The position numbers and the translations under genes are program-made. DNA of 64,000 nt. Source: Rhodosorus marinus CCMP1338 (Eukaryota; Plantae; Rhodophyta). The stretch lies in NCBI GenBank assembly GCA_029953675.1, contig JAMWBK010000007.1, forward strand, positions 1,488,001 to 1,552,000. Reading direction: 5' to 3'. Below the pieces are notes generated by a model that was not told where the DNA came from, did not search any database, and worked only from the letters and a program-made list of their open reading frames with translations. The first letter of the stretch is position 1. Every line of letters starts with the position of its first letter. Shown here piece after piece: positions 1 to 12,874 of this stretch.

Positions 1-268
1 AGACGAGCCTACTGATGGCCCATCAACGGCTTGGTGGCTTGTGAAGACACTCGCATCTACTGCGTGGAGCTATACGTTTCCCAAGCAAGGAACAGCCCCG
101 CACTGACATTCACCAGAGTTAACCTATACCTGACCCACTAATTTTACAAACGAAGAAGCTTCGGATCGTCGCAAAGAGTTCTGAGCTTGTACAGATTTCT
201 CACGCCTCCCTTCAAAATGGATTGGGGAAACACTATTAGGTCGCCTGCCTATGTGGCAAGGACATGAC

Positions 269-1253
269 TTATTTAAGACTGCGATAAAGCGAAACAATCG
301 GAAGACTGTACAACAGAACCACCAGGCCTCGAAACATTGTCTCAGAATAGCCGCTCGGCTTTAGCCGAGAGATCAGACCCTCCACGTTGTTCTTCAAGTC
401 CTCTAGGGTTCCTAGGCAACATCGGACGCGGGTATCCAACAGTCAGGAGAACGAAAAGTGCACACATTCCGTTCGCTCGGAGGGGGATGCTGGACTCAAC
501 AGGCTCACCATCATTGTCAATAACATGGGAAGCTCTTCTCTTTTTCTCCGAGATCGGCATCTGTGAAGCAATCCTGGAGCGGGAATTAACGTAAAAGCAA
601 AGCCGATAGTGAGCCAACCGTGGTGCTCAACCCGAGTATTTGACTGGGCAGGAACGGCTCTCTAACCTGCTCCTTGCTTCTTCCTCCGAAAGATCATTTC
701 TTGAAATCAGCCTGGAGAGCTGATGCTCCTCTGAACATGCGATAACTAAAGTCGTCGTGCAGAATCTGTTCAACCAAAGGGGACCGTTTATCGCATGGGG
801 ACAGTGTTGTCAGTTTGAATCTGGACCCTTTGCACCTCCTTCCATGGTTCTATGCACATATGCTGCTGCTCACCTTACGAGCAGTTTCGTCTCATACAGC
901 AGTGGGGTATCCAGGACGACGATGGGCTGCATCTTCACGAGCACGGCGACGAGGAGCTGTCTGATCATTTCCAAAATAATCAGCGGATGCGTGCACATGT
1001 TCAACTTGCGGCGCTTTCTCGAATCCGCGAAAATGATCTCACCGAGCCTGTCCCGATCCAAGCTCCCATCCTCTTTCAGAATCTCCCCACCGAAGCTCAA
1101 CCAAACCAGAAACAGTCCCAGCGTGCCCTTCCCGAGCGCGGCCTTTGCTATCTCATCCGCATCGACAACAGGCACAGAACATGACCGAAAAACGTTCGAG
1201 GCAGAGCTCTTACCAGTAGCTATCGATCCAGTCAGTCCAATAACACAAGGCAT
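269..1253 (-). CDS. coaE: Dephospho-CoA kinase, 4 exons (about 1253-879, 766-667, 575-510, 411-269)
   Basis: P-loop GLTGSIATGKS, VVDAD, LDRDRLGEIIF, DTPLLYE. Spliced continuation RFCTTTLVIACSEEHQLSRLISRNDLSEEEARSRIASQMPISEKKRRASHVIDNDGTLEDL, then a hydrophobic C-tail. GT-AG introns keep the frame. Confidence 0.92.
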
Positions 1254-1817
1254 GTTACCTATCAGACCTTACTACGTTCCATATATTCCCCCCCTATACT
1301 TTCCCCTCTAGGGATATCCGCCCCCAGAGAGCTAACTGCACCTCTCCAGTAGCCGAGCCGGGCTTGCTGCTCCAAAGCTTTTCAGCTCGTCTGCTCAAGA
1401 GGTTGACAGTTCGTCGATGGAATTGATCACCCAGCCTCCTGGAGAACTTCGTTCAGGAAGGACTACAGTCGACAGGGCTTATGCTAAGTATTCGGTAGTT
1501 GGTTTTTGGGTAGGTGAAGTAGGAGAGAGTTTATCACAAGGTTTGATGAGGTGTGTATGTAGATCGCCAGTTTATTAGAGAGGATCTAGGATCTGTGAGC
1601 TTGTTTTGTTTGACTAACAGCTGGGAGGGCCGACCACTGGATTGATTCCTGAACGTCAACGGACTGGTGGTTTCGAAGAGGAGGTTGAGGTGGACTGATT
1701 GACAGCCTGGAGGATTCAGCTTGGCGTTGGAAGCGGGGGTGGGGAAGATGAAGATAGCTTTGGTCGAGTGAGGGAAGGAGTCGATCTGTGAGGCTTCGGT
1801 AGTCGGCGTTGTGGGGT

Positions 1818-2813
1818 ATGATGGAGGATGTTCCGGTGACTGTGATCAGTGGGTATCTTGGTGCTGGTAAGAGTACTTTGGTACGTCGGATCTTGAGCGA
1901 GGAGCATGGGATGAAAGTTCTGGTCGTAGAGAATGAAATTGGGGAAGAGATGGGGATTGAAGGTGCTTTGGTGACGGAAGGGTTGGATAGGAGCTCGGTG
2001 ACTGAATTTGTTGAGCTTCCTAATGGGTGCGTTTGTTGTACTGTGAAGGATGAGCTTACCGATTCGCTCTCGAGAGTGGTTAAGATGAAGAAGTTTGACT
2101 TGGTGGTGATTGAAATGTCTGGGCTCGCCGACCCTGGTCCGGTTGCTTCGCTGTTCTGGATTGATGAGGAACTTGAACTAGGACTTCGGCTGGATGGGGT
2201 GATCTGCCTCGTCGATGCAAGGCACGCCGGAAGACATCTTGGAGATCCGATTTTCATGAAACAAGTCGCGCTGGCTGATCTCGTTATTGTCAATAAGGTT
2301 GATCTGGCTTCGGAGGATGAGATCTGCAGTCTGGAGAAGGACTTGGCTGCATTGGTGTCTCCTACGTCACGAATGCAGAGGACGTCCATGTCCGTCTGCG
2401 ATCTGAGGGAAGCGTTACATCTCAAGACAATGAGAAACGATGAGGTTTGCACTGCACTGGCTATGGGAAGGCGTGAGGATCTCGAGGAAGGGCATAGTCA
2501 CCCAGAGGGAGTTGGCTCTGTGACGCTTCGATTTACGGAAAAGGCAGTGGGGTTCTCCTCCGATGAGCTGACGAGACAGCTTGGCAAGCTTGTCTGGGAG
2601 CAGCCTGCGGGAGAAGTTTGGAGGCTCAAGGCCATGGTTTGCGTAGGAGAAGCACGGGAGAGGTGGATCTTTCAGGGCGTCCACGAGCTTTTCGATGGAG
2701 AGCAGTACGGCAGTTGGGATGTCGACAAGCCGGTTGTCTCTTCGTTTATATTCATCGGGAAAAATCTAAACAGGGATTTGCTCATGGAGCACCTCAACGC
2801 TTCGCTTATTTAA
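1818..2813 (+). CDS. CobW/COG0523-family G3E GTPase (putative zinc metallochaperone, CBWD-like), single exon
   Basis: GYLGAGKST Walker A, ENEIG, NGCVCC (CxCC), EMSGLADP, NKVD, and a CobW_C-like C-terminal domain (RLKAMV...FQGVH...FIFIGKNL). Confidence 0.95.
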   Translation: MMEDVPVTVISGYLGAGKSTLVRRILSEEHGMKVLVVENEIGEEMGIEGALVTEGLDRSSVTEFVELPNGCVCCTVKDELTDSLSRVVKMKKFDLVVIEMSGLADPGPVASLFWIDEELELGLRLDGVICLVDARHAGRHLGDPIFMKQVALADLVIVNKVDLASEDEICSLEKDLAALVSPTSRMQRTSMSVCDLREALHLKTMRNDEVCTALAMGRREDLEEGHSHPEGVGSVTLRFTEKAVGFSSDELTRQLGKLVWEQPAGEVWRLKAMVCVGEARERWIFQGVHELFDGEQYGSWDVDKPVVSSFIFIGKNLNRDLLMEHLNASLI

Positions 2814-3059
2814 ATAGGGCCATCCAGACGATACCAAGAGTTCCTCCTCGTAAGCAGTTAGTCCCCTAGCGCTTCGTCTGCCATTTCCCACCGAGTGTGG
2901 AAACCAGCATTCCAGTTCACCGGATCGGTCGAAGTTGCTTGGCGGCGGCAGTCCTCGTATCCACTCTGCTTGTGCTAGGCTTGTGCTCCGCTGATCTTGA
3001 AGTGAAATGGATTGGCAGCGACACACGCAATCGGCGTGTACTCTCTCGAAGCAGTGGTT

Positions 3060-4135
3060 CTAGTAGAACAGTCTCTTCCTTGTGTACTTCTCGAACCGCT
3101 CGTCTATTTTCTGTACGACTCTCTGAGTTAAGACGACGTGGTTGAAGTCTAGGAGGTCATATACGTTCAGACCGAGGACGTTTTGAACTTGAAAGTCCTT
3201 TATATTCGCAGTGGCCTTGGAGAGATTGTAGGTGGTTCCCCAGCTGTTGAACAAGAAATCCAAGCGAAAAGGAGGGACGAGAACGGGGGACGAAGAACGA
3301 TGAAATAAGCTAGACGGCTCCGCTGAAGAGGTCATCAGGGACGTTTGAAGAGAGCAAGCTTACTGGCCGTATGGAGCGTCGTCTATAAAAATCGCCGATC
3401 GCCATCTCAATTTGTCGATCGATTTTTCAAAGTTTCTTGTCTTGTACGTGCGGAGCTCCGGGGTTTCGATTATCCAGAGTCGCCCGTTTGCGTACTTCAT
3501 TGAAAGAACAGATCGCAGCGCGTTTCTCCATACCTAGAAAACAGGGATCAAACCAGACCTCTTCAATCAGATGATTTCAAGACCAGAAGCATTGTACTTT
3601 TCGGGTACCAGTCAGAGAGCGAAACCCAGCACATGCGACATTTTCAGTGAAGAAGAATCGCTGCGAGACTTACCATCCTCGGGAGCGTATACGAATAGTC
3701 CCGAGGCTTGGGACCATGAACAACTCCTCCTCCGGCAAACAGGGGTGATCTCCTCGTTCCATGTCTGGCCTTTCCAGACCCCTTCTGTGGCCACGGCTTC
3801 CTACCCGATCTCGATACTTCTGAACGATCTTTCGTGCTAGCCGTTCCCGCCCTCCATCTGCATCTCTGCCATCTGACCGACGCCTGGATCAGATCCATCC
3901 TCACCGGTGCATTATAAATCGCCCCGTTCAACGTCAGCACACTGCTGGGGACGAAATCCTCTATCGAGTGATACACAAGCGCCTCCCGATCGGCCCCAGC
4001 CCATTCCGGCAACTGGGAAACCATATCATCAGGGTGGTATGCAAAACTCTCAGCCTTTCCATACCACCTCCGAGAAGCTACCATCCCTCCATAACTTCGA
4101 AGCCCAAACCCGCTCCGACAAAGCGATCGCAGCAT
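3060..4135 (-). CDS. MRPL4: Mitochondrial ribosomal protein uL4m, 3 exons
   Basis: Arg/Ser-rich presequence ([14 protein letters not shown]), [44 protein letters not shown]. Middle exon [14 protein letters not shown]-terminal [13 protein letters not shown]. Confidence 0.93.
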
Positions 4136-5598
4136 GTTTGGAACGCCCCACACTTACCCTTCCCCCCCTTCAAAAAGAAGAACAAAAAGATGGAAACTGG
4201 ACCTCCCCAGTGGGCCTGTTTTATACCCTACTAGAAACCCTGTCTATGCCCTTCATCAACCAAACGATCTCTCCAGCAGGCAGAAATTTCCTCTACTACT
4301 CATCCATCGTGCTCGCTCAGCAATGATGTCAACGTCCACAACCCCAAGCCACTTCAGATAGGAAAAACTCTCTAAAATATCATAAATCTAGAGTAAGAAG
4401 TATCATATGGGCTCAAAATTCAATTGGGGATAACTAAATAATGGATACACGTTCCAAAAATCATATTTCTAAAACTAGACTGCTTCACTGACTCGCAACT
4501 GTAATTTTTTTGTTGAAAATCTCTAAAATTCAATATATATTCCTCTGAAATAGGTAGATCCTGAATAGCAATATATTCATTATTTAGATCATTTGGCCTT
4601 TTTTGAACCTATATAGTGGGTATAATCTAGACAAAATGAATATATGCTATATTTAGATACTCTTTCTAAACTACGTCGAAATAGGTATACCTCGAGCAGC
4701 AAGATATAGCAGAATTACATTATTTAGAAATATAAGGGTGAATTGTGAACCATTTGCGAGGGTATGTTTTAGATTAAAAACGAGTATGCAATATATTTAG
4801 ATACCATTTTTCCTATCTGATCGTCGTGGCGGTGACACTACCGCGATAAATAAAGAGAATATTATTTAAAAATGGAGGCAGGGATCTTGCGATCCTGATT
4901 TTATTGAAAAACAAAAATTGACTTGACGGGGGTCGGTCTCAGGGAGAGTGTGTTGGAATATTGGTTTCAGCGAATGGTGGGGTTTTGGCCGTGTAAAAAT
5001 ATTCAGTAAAGTTTTTTAACGGAGCCGGGAGTCCGTAATCGGTTCCCGATAATTTTTTTCCCCGTAAAGATACTACGTGAATAGGAGGGGGGTAAAAAAC
5101 AAGTTCCAAAAATCCGTTCATCATATTCTTTTACCCTCCCTAAACGTTCTCGAACAATAAACAAAAATAGAATAAAATTAAAGGTTGTGCATATTAATTG
5201 TGCTCAAATTTGGGGGTTTGATCTTCCAGGTAAAAATGGTCATTTGAAGATTGCAGGATCTGAAGGGGTGGTGGAGGGCGAGGAGGGAAGGGTAGTTGTT
5301 GGTAGATTGAGGCAATGCAGTGGAATAGGTATCCGAAAGAGTTTATTGTCTTGTAGAGACAGGTGATGGGAGACTACATGAGTGGAGGGAGGTGTTAGAT
5401 TTTGGGTAACGAGGTTGGAGAGGGTGAGCAGTTTAAGGTGAAAGGTAGACTGCGTGAAAGGAGTAGGGATTGGACAATTTTGTTTTGTATTTGGTTGGGC
5501 AAGCTCTGTTGGACGAGCTTCTCCGTGCCGGGTGTAGGCTTTTTGGGGGGGGGGGTGGGGTGTGTGGTTGGGAGGGTTGTTTCATCGAAAGCACAAGC

Positions 5599-6997
5599 AT
5601 GGCTCGAGAGAACGATGGGAAGGATAAGGCTGCCTTGGGTGTGGAAGGCTTGAAGATCGATCATCAACATCTGGATAAGGTGAGTTGAGAAGGATTCAGC
5701 ATCGATTCTCGTGTGTCTGACAATTGTTTCTGCCTTCGACGCCTCTGGTGGATTTTTTTGCAATAGGCGATGAATTACGAGATCAGAGTGGTTGCAGGTA
5801 ACTCGAATGCAGATTTGGTGAAAAAGATTTGTGCGCAACTGAAGATTGATGCGACAAATACCAGTAAGGGATAGGAACAATGATCTGGAAACCCGATCTT
5901 CAAGTACTGCAGGCTGATCTGTGCGTCTGGGACTTGTGCCGCTACAGCTGTGAAGCGATTCTCCGACGGCGAGGTTTTCGTTTCCATCGCGGACAACGTT
6001 CGCGGAAAGGATGTGTTCGTCATCCAGTCCACGTGTCCTCCGGTAAATGATCATCTCATGGAGCTCCTGGTGATGATCGACACTTTGAAGCGCGCGTCTG
6101 CAAAGAGAATTACGGCGGTGATACCGTACTACGGCTATGCTAGACAGGACCGGAAAGCTGCTCCAAGAGTTCCAATTACTGCCCGACTGGTTGCAGACCT
6201 GATCCAGACTGCGGGAGCCCATCGTGTCCTCGCATTCGAATTGCACGCAGGTCAGATTCAGGGCTTTTTCAATATTCCCGTCGATCACATGTTTGCCATC
6301 CACACGTTTGCAGAATACATAAGGGTAAGTCCAATCGTGAAGGGCGTCCTGGCTAAGGGAGGGGGCTTCAGTCTGAGCACTTCGAGGCTTCCTTACCTGC
6401 GTACGTAGGATTCTGGGATTTGCTGTGGCGAGGGTGGCGAATTTCAGGCTCCAGTGGTTGTGAGTCCTGACGCTGGTGGGCTTGAACGGGCGAGAGCTCT
6501 GGCCAAACGACTGGATTCCAACCTAGCCGTTATCGACAAGAGACGGTCCGCCCCCAACGTTGCCCATGTCATAAGGGTTGTCGGAGAGGTTGCGGGTCAG
6601 GACTGTATCATCGTCGATGACATCATTGACACTGCGGGGACGCTAACAAAGGCTGTCGAGGTGAGATGAACCGCGATATGAACAGTTTCCGTCCGTACCA
6701 TATGCGAGACCGGCTCCTAACGCGTGACCATACAACTCGCAAAAATAGGCGTTGAAGAACCTTGGTGCGGCTCGGGTGCTAGCGTGCTGCGTCCATCCAG
6801 TGCTCTCCGGACTTGCGATCGACCGTCTCTCTGCAAGCAAGATCGATAGGTTGATTGTTACCGATTCGATTCCACTCACTGAGAAGGCGAAACAGTGCGG
6901 GAAGATAGACGTAATTTCCGTTTCGGGTCTCTTCTCTGAGACAATCACCAGAATCCACCGTGAACAGTCTGTTTCCACTCTATTCGACGAAGAGTAA
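5599..6997 (+). CDS. prs: Ribose-phosphate pyrophosphokinase (class I PRPP synthetase), 5 exons
   Basis: [49 protein letters not shown]. The first exon MARENDGK...HLDK|gtgagt joins via ttgcaatag|GCGATG. The start could lie elsewhere. Confidence 0.93.
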
Positions 6998-7540
6998 ACC
7001 TGCTTGCAGATGACAGTTGGTGGTAAGGTCGCTGAACCCGTAGCGCAAAATCTAACCCCCCCCAACCAGAGTGAATTTTTTTAAGACGGCGGCGGGCCTT
7101 GTCTCTCTGACCCTCAGGATGGTTCCTTGATGTCTTGTTCAACACCGCGCAGCGTTGGAGTGACGCGAGTTTCAACCATCGGCGCAGCGGAGAACGTCCG
7201 CACCCATGTGATCCACAACCTCCTTGACTGACAGGATCTTAACCGGACAAGTGCCTGAATATCCGACCAAATGTTTGACTGTTTCTTGATAACTAACGAG
7301 AACTATTCTCCTGCCCGCACCGGGTAAGCTTCCTTGTCTGTTGGCGTTCCATGCGAATGGAAAACATAAACGTGGTGCTTGAGAAACCGCTCCACACCAG
7401 GAAGCCGGGACTGTATCTAGATATTCCGATGCCTCGCTGCGCGGAAATCGTCACCAAATTAATAAAACGATTTTTTAAGTTATGACTATTTATATGTAGC
7501 GATACGGTCTGTCCGAATCATACCGCCGGGTTTCGGACGT

Positions 7541-8735
7541 TCAAGATTGTAGCCATCCCTTCTTTGCCTTGGGTCTCCACCCAGTGCAGCTCACGCATGG
7601 ATGCGTCCCTAACCGGTACAATGCAGAGGGCTTGAGTGTGTTTTTTCTTTTTTGATTTAAAGGCTTTCGTCGGATCGGAGAGTGTTTGTTTTTGTTGACA
7701 CGGTGTAAAGGGAAGGACGTTACCTTTACCGTCGCATTTCGGGCATCTCTGGCTGATTGGGGAGAAGACATAGCGAAACCCGTTGCACCTCGCACAAGTG
7801 ACACTTCCTGTACGGTTGCAACCGTGGCATGTCTCTGATGCCATACAAAGCGTGCCGCCGTGGAGAGAAATCCACAACCGGCACAAAACAACTTAGCTTC
7901 CAAGCGAACTACGGCGAGAGGGACAAGTGTACAACGTCCTTTCATATCGGCAAGCTCACCTGTAGATTTTTGCGTGAGGTCGCCACCTTCCAATTGTTCC
8001 CGCTTCCTCGCCAACTCTTCTTCCACAACTTCACGAGCAGAGGTGACCACGGATAGATATCTACTGAGCTGTATCATGGATTTGCTCCTCAGTGTACCGT
8101 CCTCTGCGTAGGGACAGTGACGACATCGATGAGACCGAGCGTATCTTTTGAACCGTTTGACACAAGAATAAGCACATTGTTCAGCCGTCTGCATTGGAGG
8201 GAACGCAATTCCAGAGCAAAAAGCGACGTGTATCTGAGTAATCCTACCCTTTCTCAGACTCCAAATCTTCGGTAACACCGCAGCAGTCTCCTCGCGCAAG
8301 ATGTGCAAATGCAGAAAACACGGTGTACCCCGTTTTCGGATCAATATAAGTCGCGCTACCCTCCCCACAACACACTTTATGCAAAACCTTGCATTTCTGC
8401 TTATCATCTAGAGCCCGAAACTCCTCATCATCCCTCCTACTAGTCCTCTCATCGTGAACATACTCCTCCGCAAACGTCAAAAGATCATCTCTCCCAAACT
8501 CCTCCCCAACAAACCCCTTCACTTTACAAAATCCTTCAAGATCTTCATCTCCAAGCTCCTTCAGGACTTCAGCAACATTCTTCCCTTGCGCCTCTGCCTC
8601 CAATACATCCAGAGATATCTCCCCAATCACAAACGGATCAATAGCATACTTACATAGCCCACGTCTTCCACTGCTCACACCACCACTCGCCCCATAGATA
8701 CTTGACACAAATCCACTCAGCATCCTCTTATACAT
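7541..8735 (-). CDS. Plastid-targeted DUF5522-like (C1orf53-like) domain protein, apparently fused to a DnaJ-type zinc finger, 4 exons
   Basis: Transit-like N-terminus MLSGFVSS. HKVCC..G.ATYIDPKTGYTVFSAFAHLARGDCCG...RCRHCPY spans intron 1. A phase-1 intron (ACAG|gtgagc...catcag|AGACA) then joins four CxxC motifs: CHGC, CARC, CPKCDGKG, CVSC. Confidence 0.7.
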
Positions 8736-9071
8736 AGTCACATTATCTTTTCACTAACCGCTCTTTAACATCGATATCTCTATCTCAGTTTAGACTCTCT
8801 CCAACCATATTTCCATCCTCTTCACTCGTTTCTGCCTCCCTCTCCGTCTACTGTTGTCCTTCTTCCAGATCAAATCTGGCGCTGGCATTTGGATGACGAC
8901 GGCTATCCGGACTTTTATCTTCACTTCAGAGCGGTCTCGTTAGATGGTATCCAGAGTTTTTTCATGGAGATACAAGACCGATTCGAACGTGCGGAGTTTA
9001 GGGAGTGTGTGAACTTGGAAAGTGGTTTTAAAGCTTGAGGAAGAGCGCACTGGCGACGAACTCTACTTTTT

Positions 9072-9362
9072 TTAATGACAAAGGCATTCATAGACAGCGG
9101 CTTTGAATACATGGATAGTGATCGCTTTCAGGATCGTGAAGCTGTGGGGGGGTGAAAATGATACTAGGGTTACTTTTGGGGGGTTATTCAAAAGCCGACT
9201 TAAACTTTGTGTTCTCCCGTGGTGTCGGAAGTCGAGTCCTCCCGTAGAAGCCTTTTGCTACCGCGGTTCACGAGGCCGGGACGCCGTTCACCACGAATTC
9301 GGCGGCAGTTCTTGATCCAAAGCTTCTTTCTGACGCATCCTCCTCTCTTCACGGTCCGCCAT
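9072..9362 (-). CDS. Candidate 46-aa microprotein, 2 exons
   Basis: A G-rich leader precedes ATG9362. One 150-nt GT-AG intron (9291-9142) gives MADREERRMRQKEALDQELPPNSCFTILKAITIHVFKAAVYECLCH*. No recognisable family. Confidence 0.25.
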
Positions 9363-10157
9363 CTCCCCCCTCCCCCAATCCCGACCGCTGCGGCTTCCGA
9401 TTCGGCCCTTCACGATAAAACACTAACCAAGACACCTAAATAGCTAGTTTTCCAACGTGAATTATTTACCATCTATACAAGACAATTAGCCACATAAACT
9501 ATGTCTCTATCAATATGGACAAAAACGACACGTGGGATGATTTAATTCAATAAAAAACATTATATTGATTGATTTATTGCTTATTGATTAAAATATTACT
9601 TTTATATTAATAAATATTTCAGCTTTTAATAAATAAAATAGATTGAAACATTGTTAGGGAGGTATTAACATTTGGAGATTTTTGGGGGGAAAGAAGAAGA
9701 AGAACATGGTGTGCTTCAAGGCGTTTCATATTTTGAGGGTTTTTTGGGGGGGCGTGATGGATTGAGGTGGTTTCATTAAGGATTGAACGCCTTTAAGAAG
9801 ACTAGGAAGAGAGACATTTTATCTCTTGATGAAGACCTGGAACTTGTTGTAGGGGAAGGGGGAAGAGGTGGAGTAAGGGTGTTGGGAAGTAGGGTTTTTT
9901 TTGAAATCAGGCTGGGATGAGGAAGAAGCACAATGGATAGTTTTGGTGTTTGTCGATCGTCCTTTCTGAATGAGTGAAGTAGTGGCATCGGTTATGTTTC
10001 TGGACCGGAAATAGAAAGGGTTTGGAGGTAACTATGTTGAGAGTTTTCTGCTGAGGCGTTGTTCGTGAGGGAGTATTGGATGGTTGTTGTTGGAGGGAGG
10101 AGATTTTTGAAGGAGAGGGCCTGAGAAGGGTGTGAGTATATCTGGAAGTTTAACAAG

Positions 10158-11050
10158 ATGAGAAGTAGGGAAGTAAAGACGATGGGAGGAGGGAATGGTG
10201 CAGTTGGGGATGTGAGGAAGAGAAGACGGCGTCAGGAGCCCTTGAAGAAGATCATGGATGTTCACATGTTTGATGGTGCGACGGAGAAGATGACTGTGAA
10301 TGATTTGATGGAGGATTTGGAGGCTCGGGAGAGGAGGGTGTTGGAGTTGAAAAGGCAGAAGAAGAAGAAGGAGGCTGAGCAGCAGCAGGAGAAAGGCAGA
10401 GAGGAAGAGCAGGAAGAAGAAGAAGAGGAGGAAGAGGAAGAGGATGATGGAGGCGAGGATGCGGTGCGCGATGTTGTTGTCCCGGAACCAGTTGCTGGAG
10501 TCGATGAGGAAGAAGACGACCTCGACGAAGCTGTTGTTGCTCCTCAAGTGCAGGTTGGAAAAGACGGGAAAATTATTATCAACGAAGAGTCCCTCATGGT
10601 CACAACTGGCCAGGAAACCGAACGTAGGTCTCTCAAGCACAATTTCTTGACGGCAAACCAAGTCTTGATTCTTAATCTTCTCTTCGTTTCTGCTCGAAAA
10701 CAGTTGCCAAGGGACCGACCATTGAAATCGATCCAAACGCATACATCAACAGCATGACCTACATGAAGCGGGAAAACTCAACGAAATGGAAGCGAAAGGA
10801 GACTGAACAGTTCTATCACGCCCTTCGACAGTTCGGCACTGACTTTGGGATGATGGAGCACCTCGTACCTGGAAGAACACGTCGGCAGATTAAACACAAA
10901 TACAACCGCGAGGCAAAAGACAACCCGGAAAAAATCGCCCAGGCGGAACGAAATCGGCTCTCACTCGATGAGAAAGTGCTAAGAGAATATGAAAACAAAG
11001 CCGAAGCGAAAATGCAAGACCACCCGGACAGCAAGAAAGCTCTTCGCTGA
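10158..11050 (+). CDS. BDP1: TFIIIB subunit BDP1-like SANT/Myb protein, 2 exons
   Basis: Acidic tract, APQVQVGKDGKIIINEESL, then after a phase-1 intron YINSMTYMKRENSTKWKRKETEQFYHALRQFGTDFGMMEHLVPGRTRRQIKHKYNRE, the Bdp1-type SANT domain. Confidence 0.85.
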
Positions 11051-12015
11051 GCAGACTTCCGTGCTCTCCTTGCACCCATCCTTTGAACCTTGACGACTCG
11101 TTGAGGAAAGGTTGTTGGCCGTCGACTGAGTCGTGAGGAAGCATTGCTTGGAAGGTGCTAAGAAAACACGAAGAAGTCAACGTGAAGATCCCAAACTCCC
11201 ATCAAGAAAGTTCGTCTGCTTTCTAGGAGACGCCTTGCGAACGTACTTCTGAAAAAGGCCAGCCGTTTGTCCCAAACTGGTGAACTTTGTGAACACATTG
11301 GGAACTCGTCGGGAAGAACGGCGACTGTCGACTGAGCCCGAAGAATGACATGATGACAAAGATCGACGAAACCACGAGACCACGAGACCGCGAGACCGAA
11401 GTCACCGCGGACTCAAGAACGCCACCGAGACAGGAAGAAACCCGTTCAGGTGCTCTTGCCCACAGCCTGTGAAGCTGAACACAAAACTCGTTAAGCAACA
11501 AGGCGACTGTTGACCGAGTTAAAGCAGGAAGACCATAATGAGACCCGATCTTTCTTCACAGCAAATATTATGTATAAGCGAGCGGCCGAACAGCGTGTTG
11601 TAGACTGCCCTTTAGTTGGATGTTAGCGCTTGCCAGAGGAGGTGAGATTGGGCTTGATGGATCCTGAGAAGTCTTTTCCATTTCGAAGGACAGAAACGTT
11701 TATTCTTGACAATCAACCTTAATAGATTTCGCCGATTACTTCTCCAACGGCCCACTTCTTTTGACTCTCTTTCCGGTCGAAACCCTGCGCATCGGCACTA
11801 TGCCTTGAACGCGTCAAAATATTAAATGATCATGTAAAGCAAAACTTTGACAACGGGCGATCTTGAACGTTGGTAAAAGCGAGTAACGTTGCGAGTTTAC
11901 AGATCGCCGCTGGTCGGGAAGCGGGTTCAGCTTGGGTTTGATCCGTTCGCGTAGGTCAGATAACAAAACTTGCAGGTTAGAGGGCGGTTGCGATGCCCTA
12001 CCCAGACTCAGATAT

Positions 12016-12552
12016 TTAGATCGCTCTCCCACTGCGTTTTGTTCCAAGCAGCATATCCTTCGCCTCATTGACCTTGCTCGCAATGAACGTACTTCCCCCG
12101 TTATCAGGGTGGTTCAGCAACATTAACCTTCTATGCGAGTCTCTCACTTGCTCCTTTGACGAACCCTCCCTTACATTCAAAACCTAACCAAAAAGACAAA
12201 CGTTCACGATTAGTCCCCACATCAAACAGGACAAACTATATCACCTTTGTCCACCCGCCAAACTCACTCTCAAAGCTTCCTTTCGCGACATTTCCGACTC
12301 AAATCCACCAGCAAACTGCCTAGGAACTCTCGTCTTCGGAGTACGAAGCATCATCACCCTATATGCATTTACAGCATACCTTCCAACCATGGCCGCACCA
12401 GCGACCGCAACTCCAGCAAACAGTGGTGAAGCCTGTTACAAACAAACACAAAAAACAAAACAAAAAGTCAACTCCACATAAAACCATCCCGAGAACTACA
12501 AAACACAAAAACGAAACCACTAGTTCCATACTCCAAAAAACTCACTTACCAT
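12016..12552 (-). CDS. PAM18: Mitochondrial import motor J-protein PAM18/TIM14, 3 exons; the coding part of exon 1 is only ATG
   Basis: Not in the ORF track. Assembled as M|ASPLFAGVAVAGAAMVGRYAVNAY...FAGGFESEMSRKEALR|VLNVREGSSKEQVRDSHRRLMLLNHPDNGGSTFIASKVNEAKDMLLG, with an HPD motif. Confidence 0.92.
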
Positions 12553-12866
12553 CTTTCCTTCTCTCTAAACAAATCAACAGAAAGTACAACCAAAACAAAA
12601 ACAAACCAACTTCTCACCGAAATACACCCTCCACCTAAACCAAACCCGAAGAAACTCCCAACACCAACCTCACCACTCTCAGCTCTTCTCTACCCTTCAA
12701 ATACACATCCAAACCCACCCACACAAAAAAAAAAATCCAAACACACAATCCTCCAATCAGAAACTAAAACCAAATAAAACCGTTTCCCTCTCTCTCTCTC
12801 TTTCTCTCTCTCTTCCTAACCTTGTCTCCCACCCTCCCCAAATACTCAAATCCAGTTCCCCCGCTC

Positions 12867-12874
12867 TTTATATA
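12867..12874 (-). promoter_or_regulatory. TATA-like box upstream of PAM18
   Basis: TATATAAA on the minus strand about 315 nt upstream of the ATG, next to an AT-rich island. Confidence 0.35.

Noticed and set aside
1586-2452. Long antisense ORFs (also 5395-6303, 10032-10742, 17236-17925, 27478-28113, 36714-37397, 37604-38440, 43162-43911, 63440-63979)
   Set aside because: These are shadow frames opposite recognised genes or low-complexity skewed leaders, with no motifs.
11080-11520. Short ORFs and a 9-bp microrepeat (acgagacc) downstream of BDP1
   Set aside because: No consistent exon structure. Likely 3' UTR space between convergent genes.
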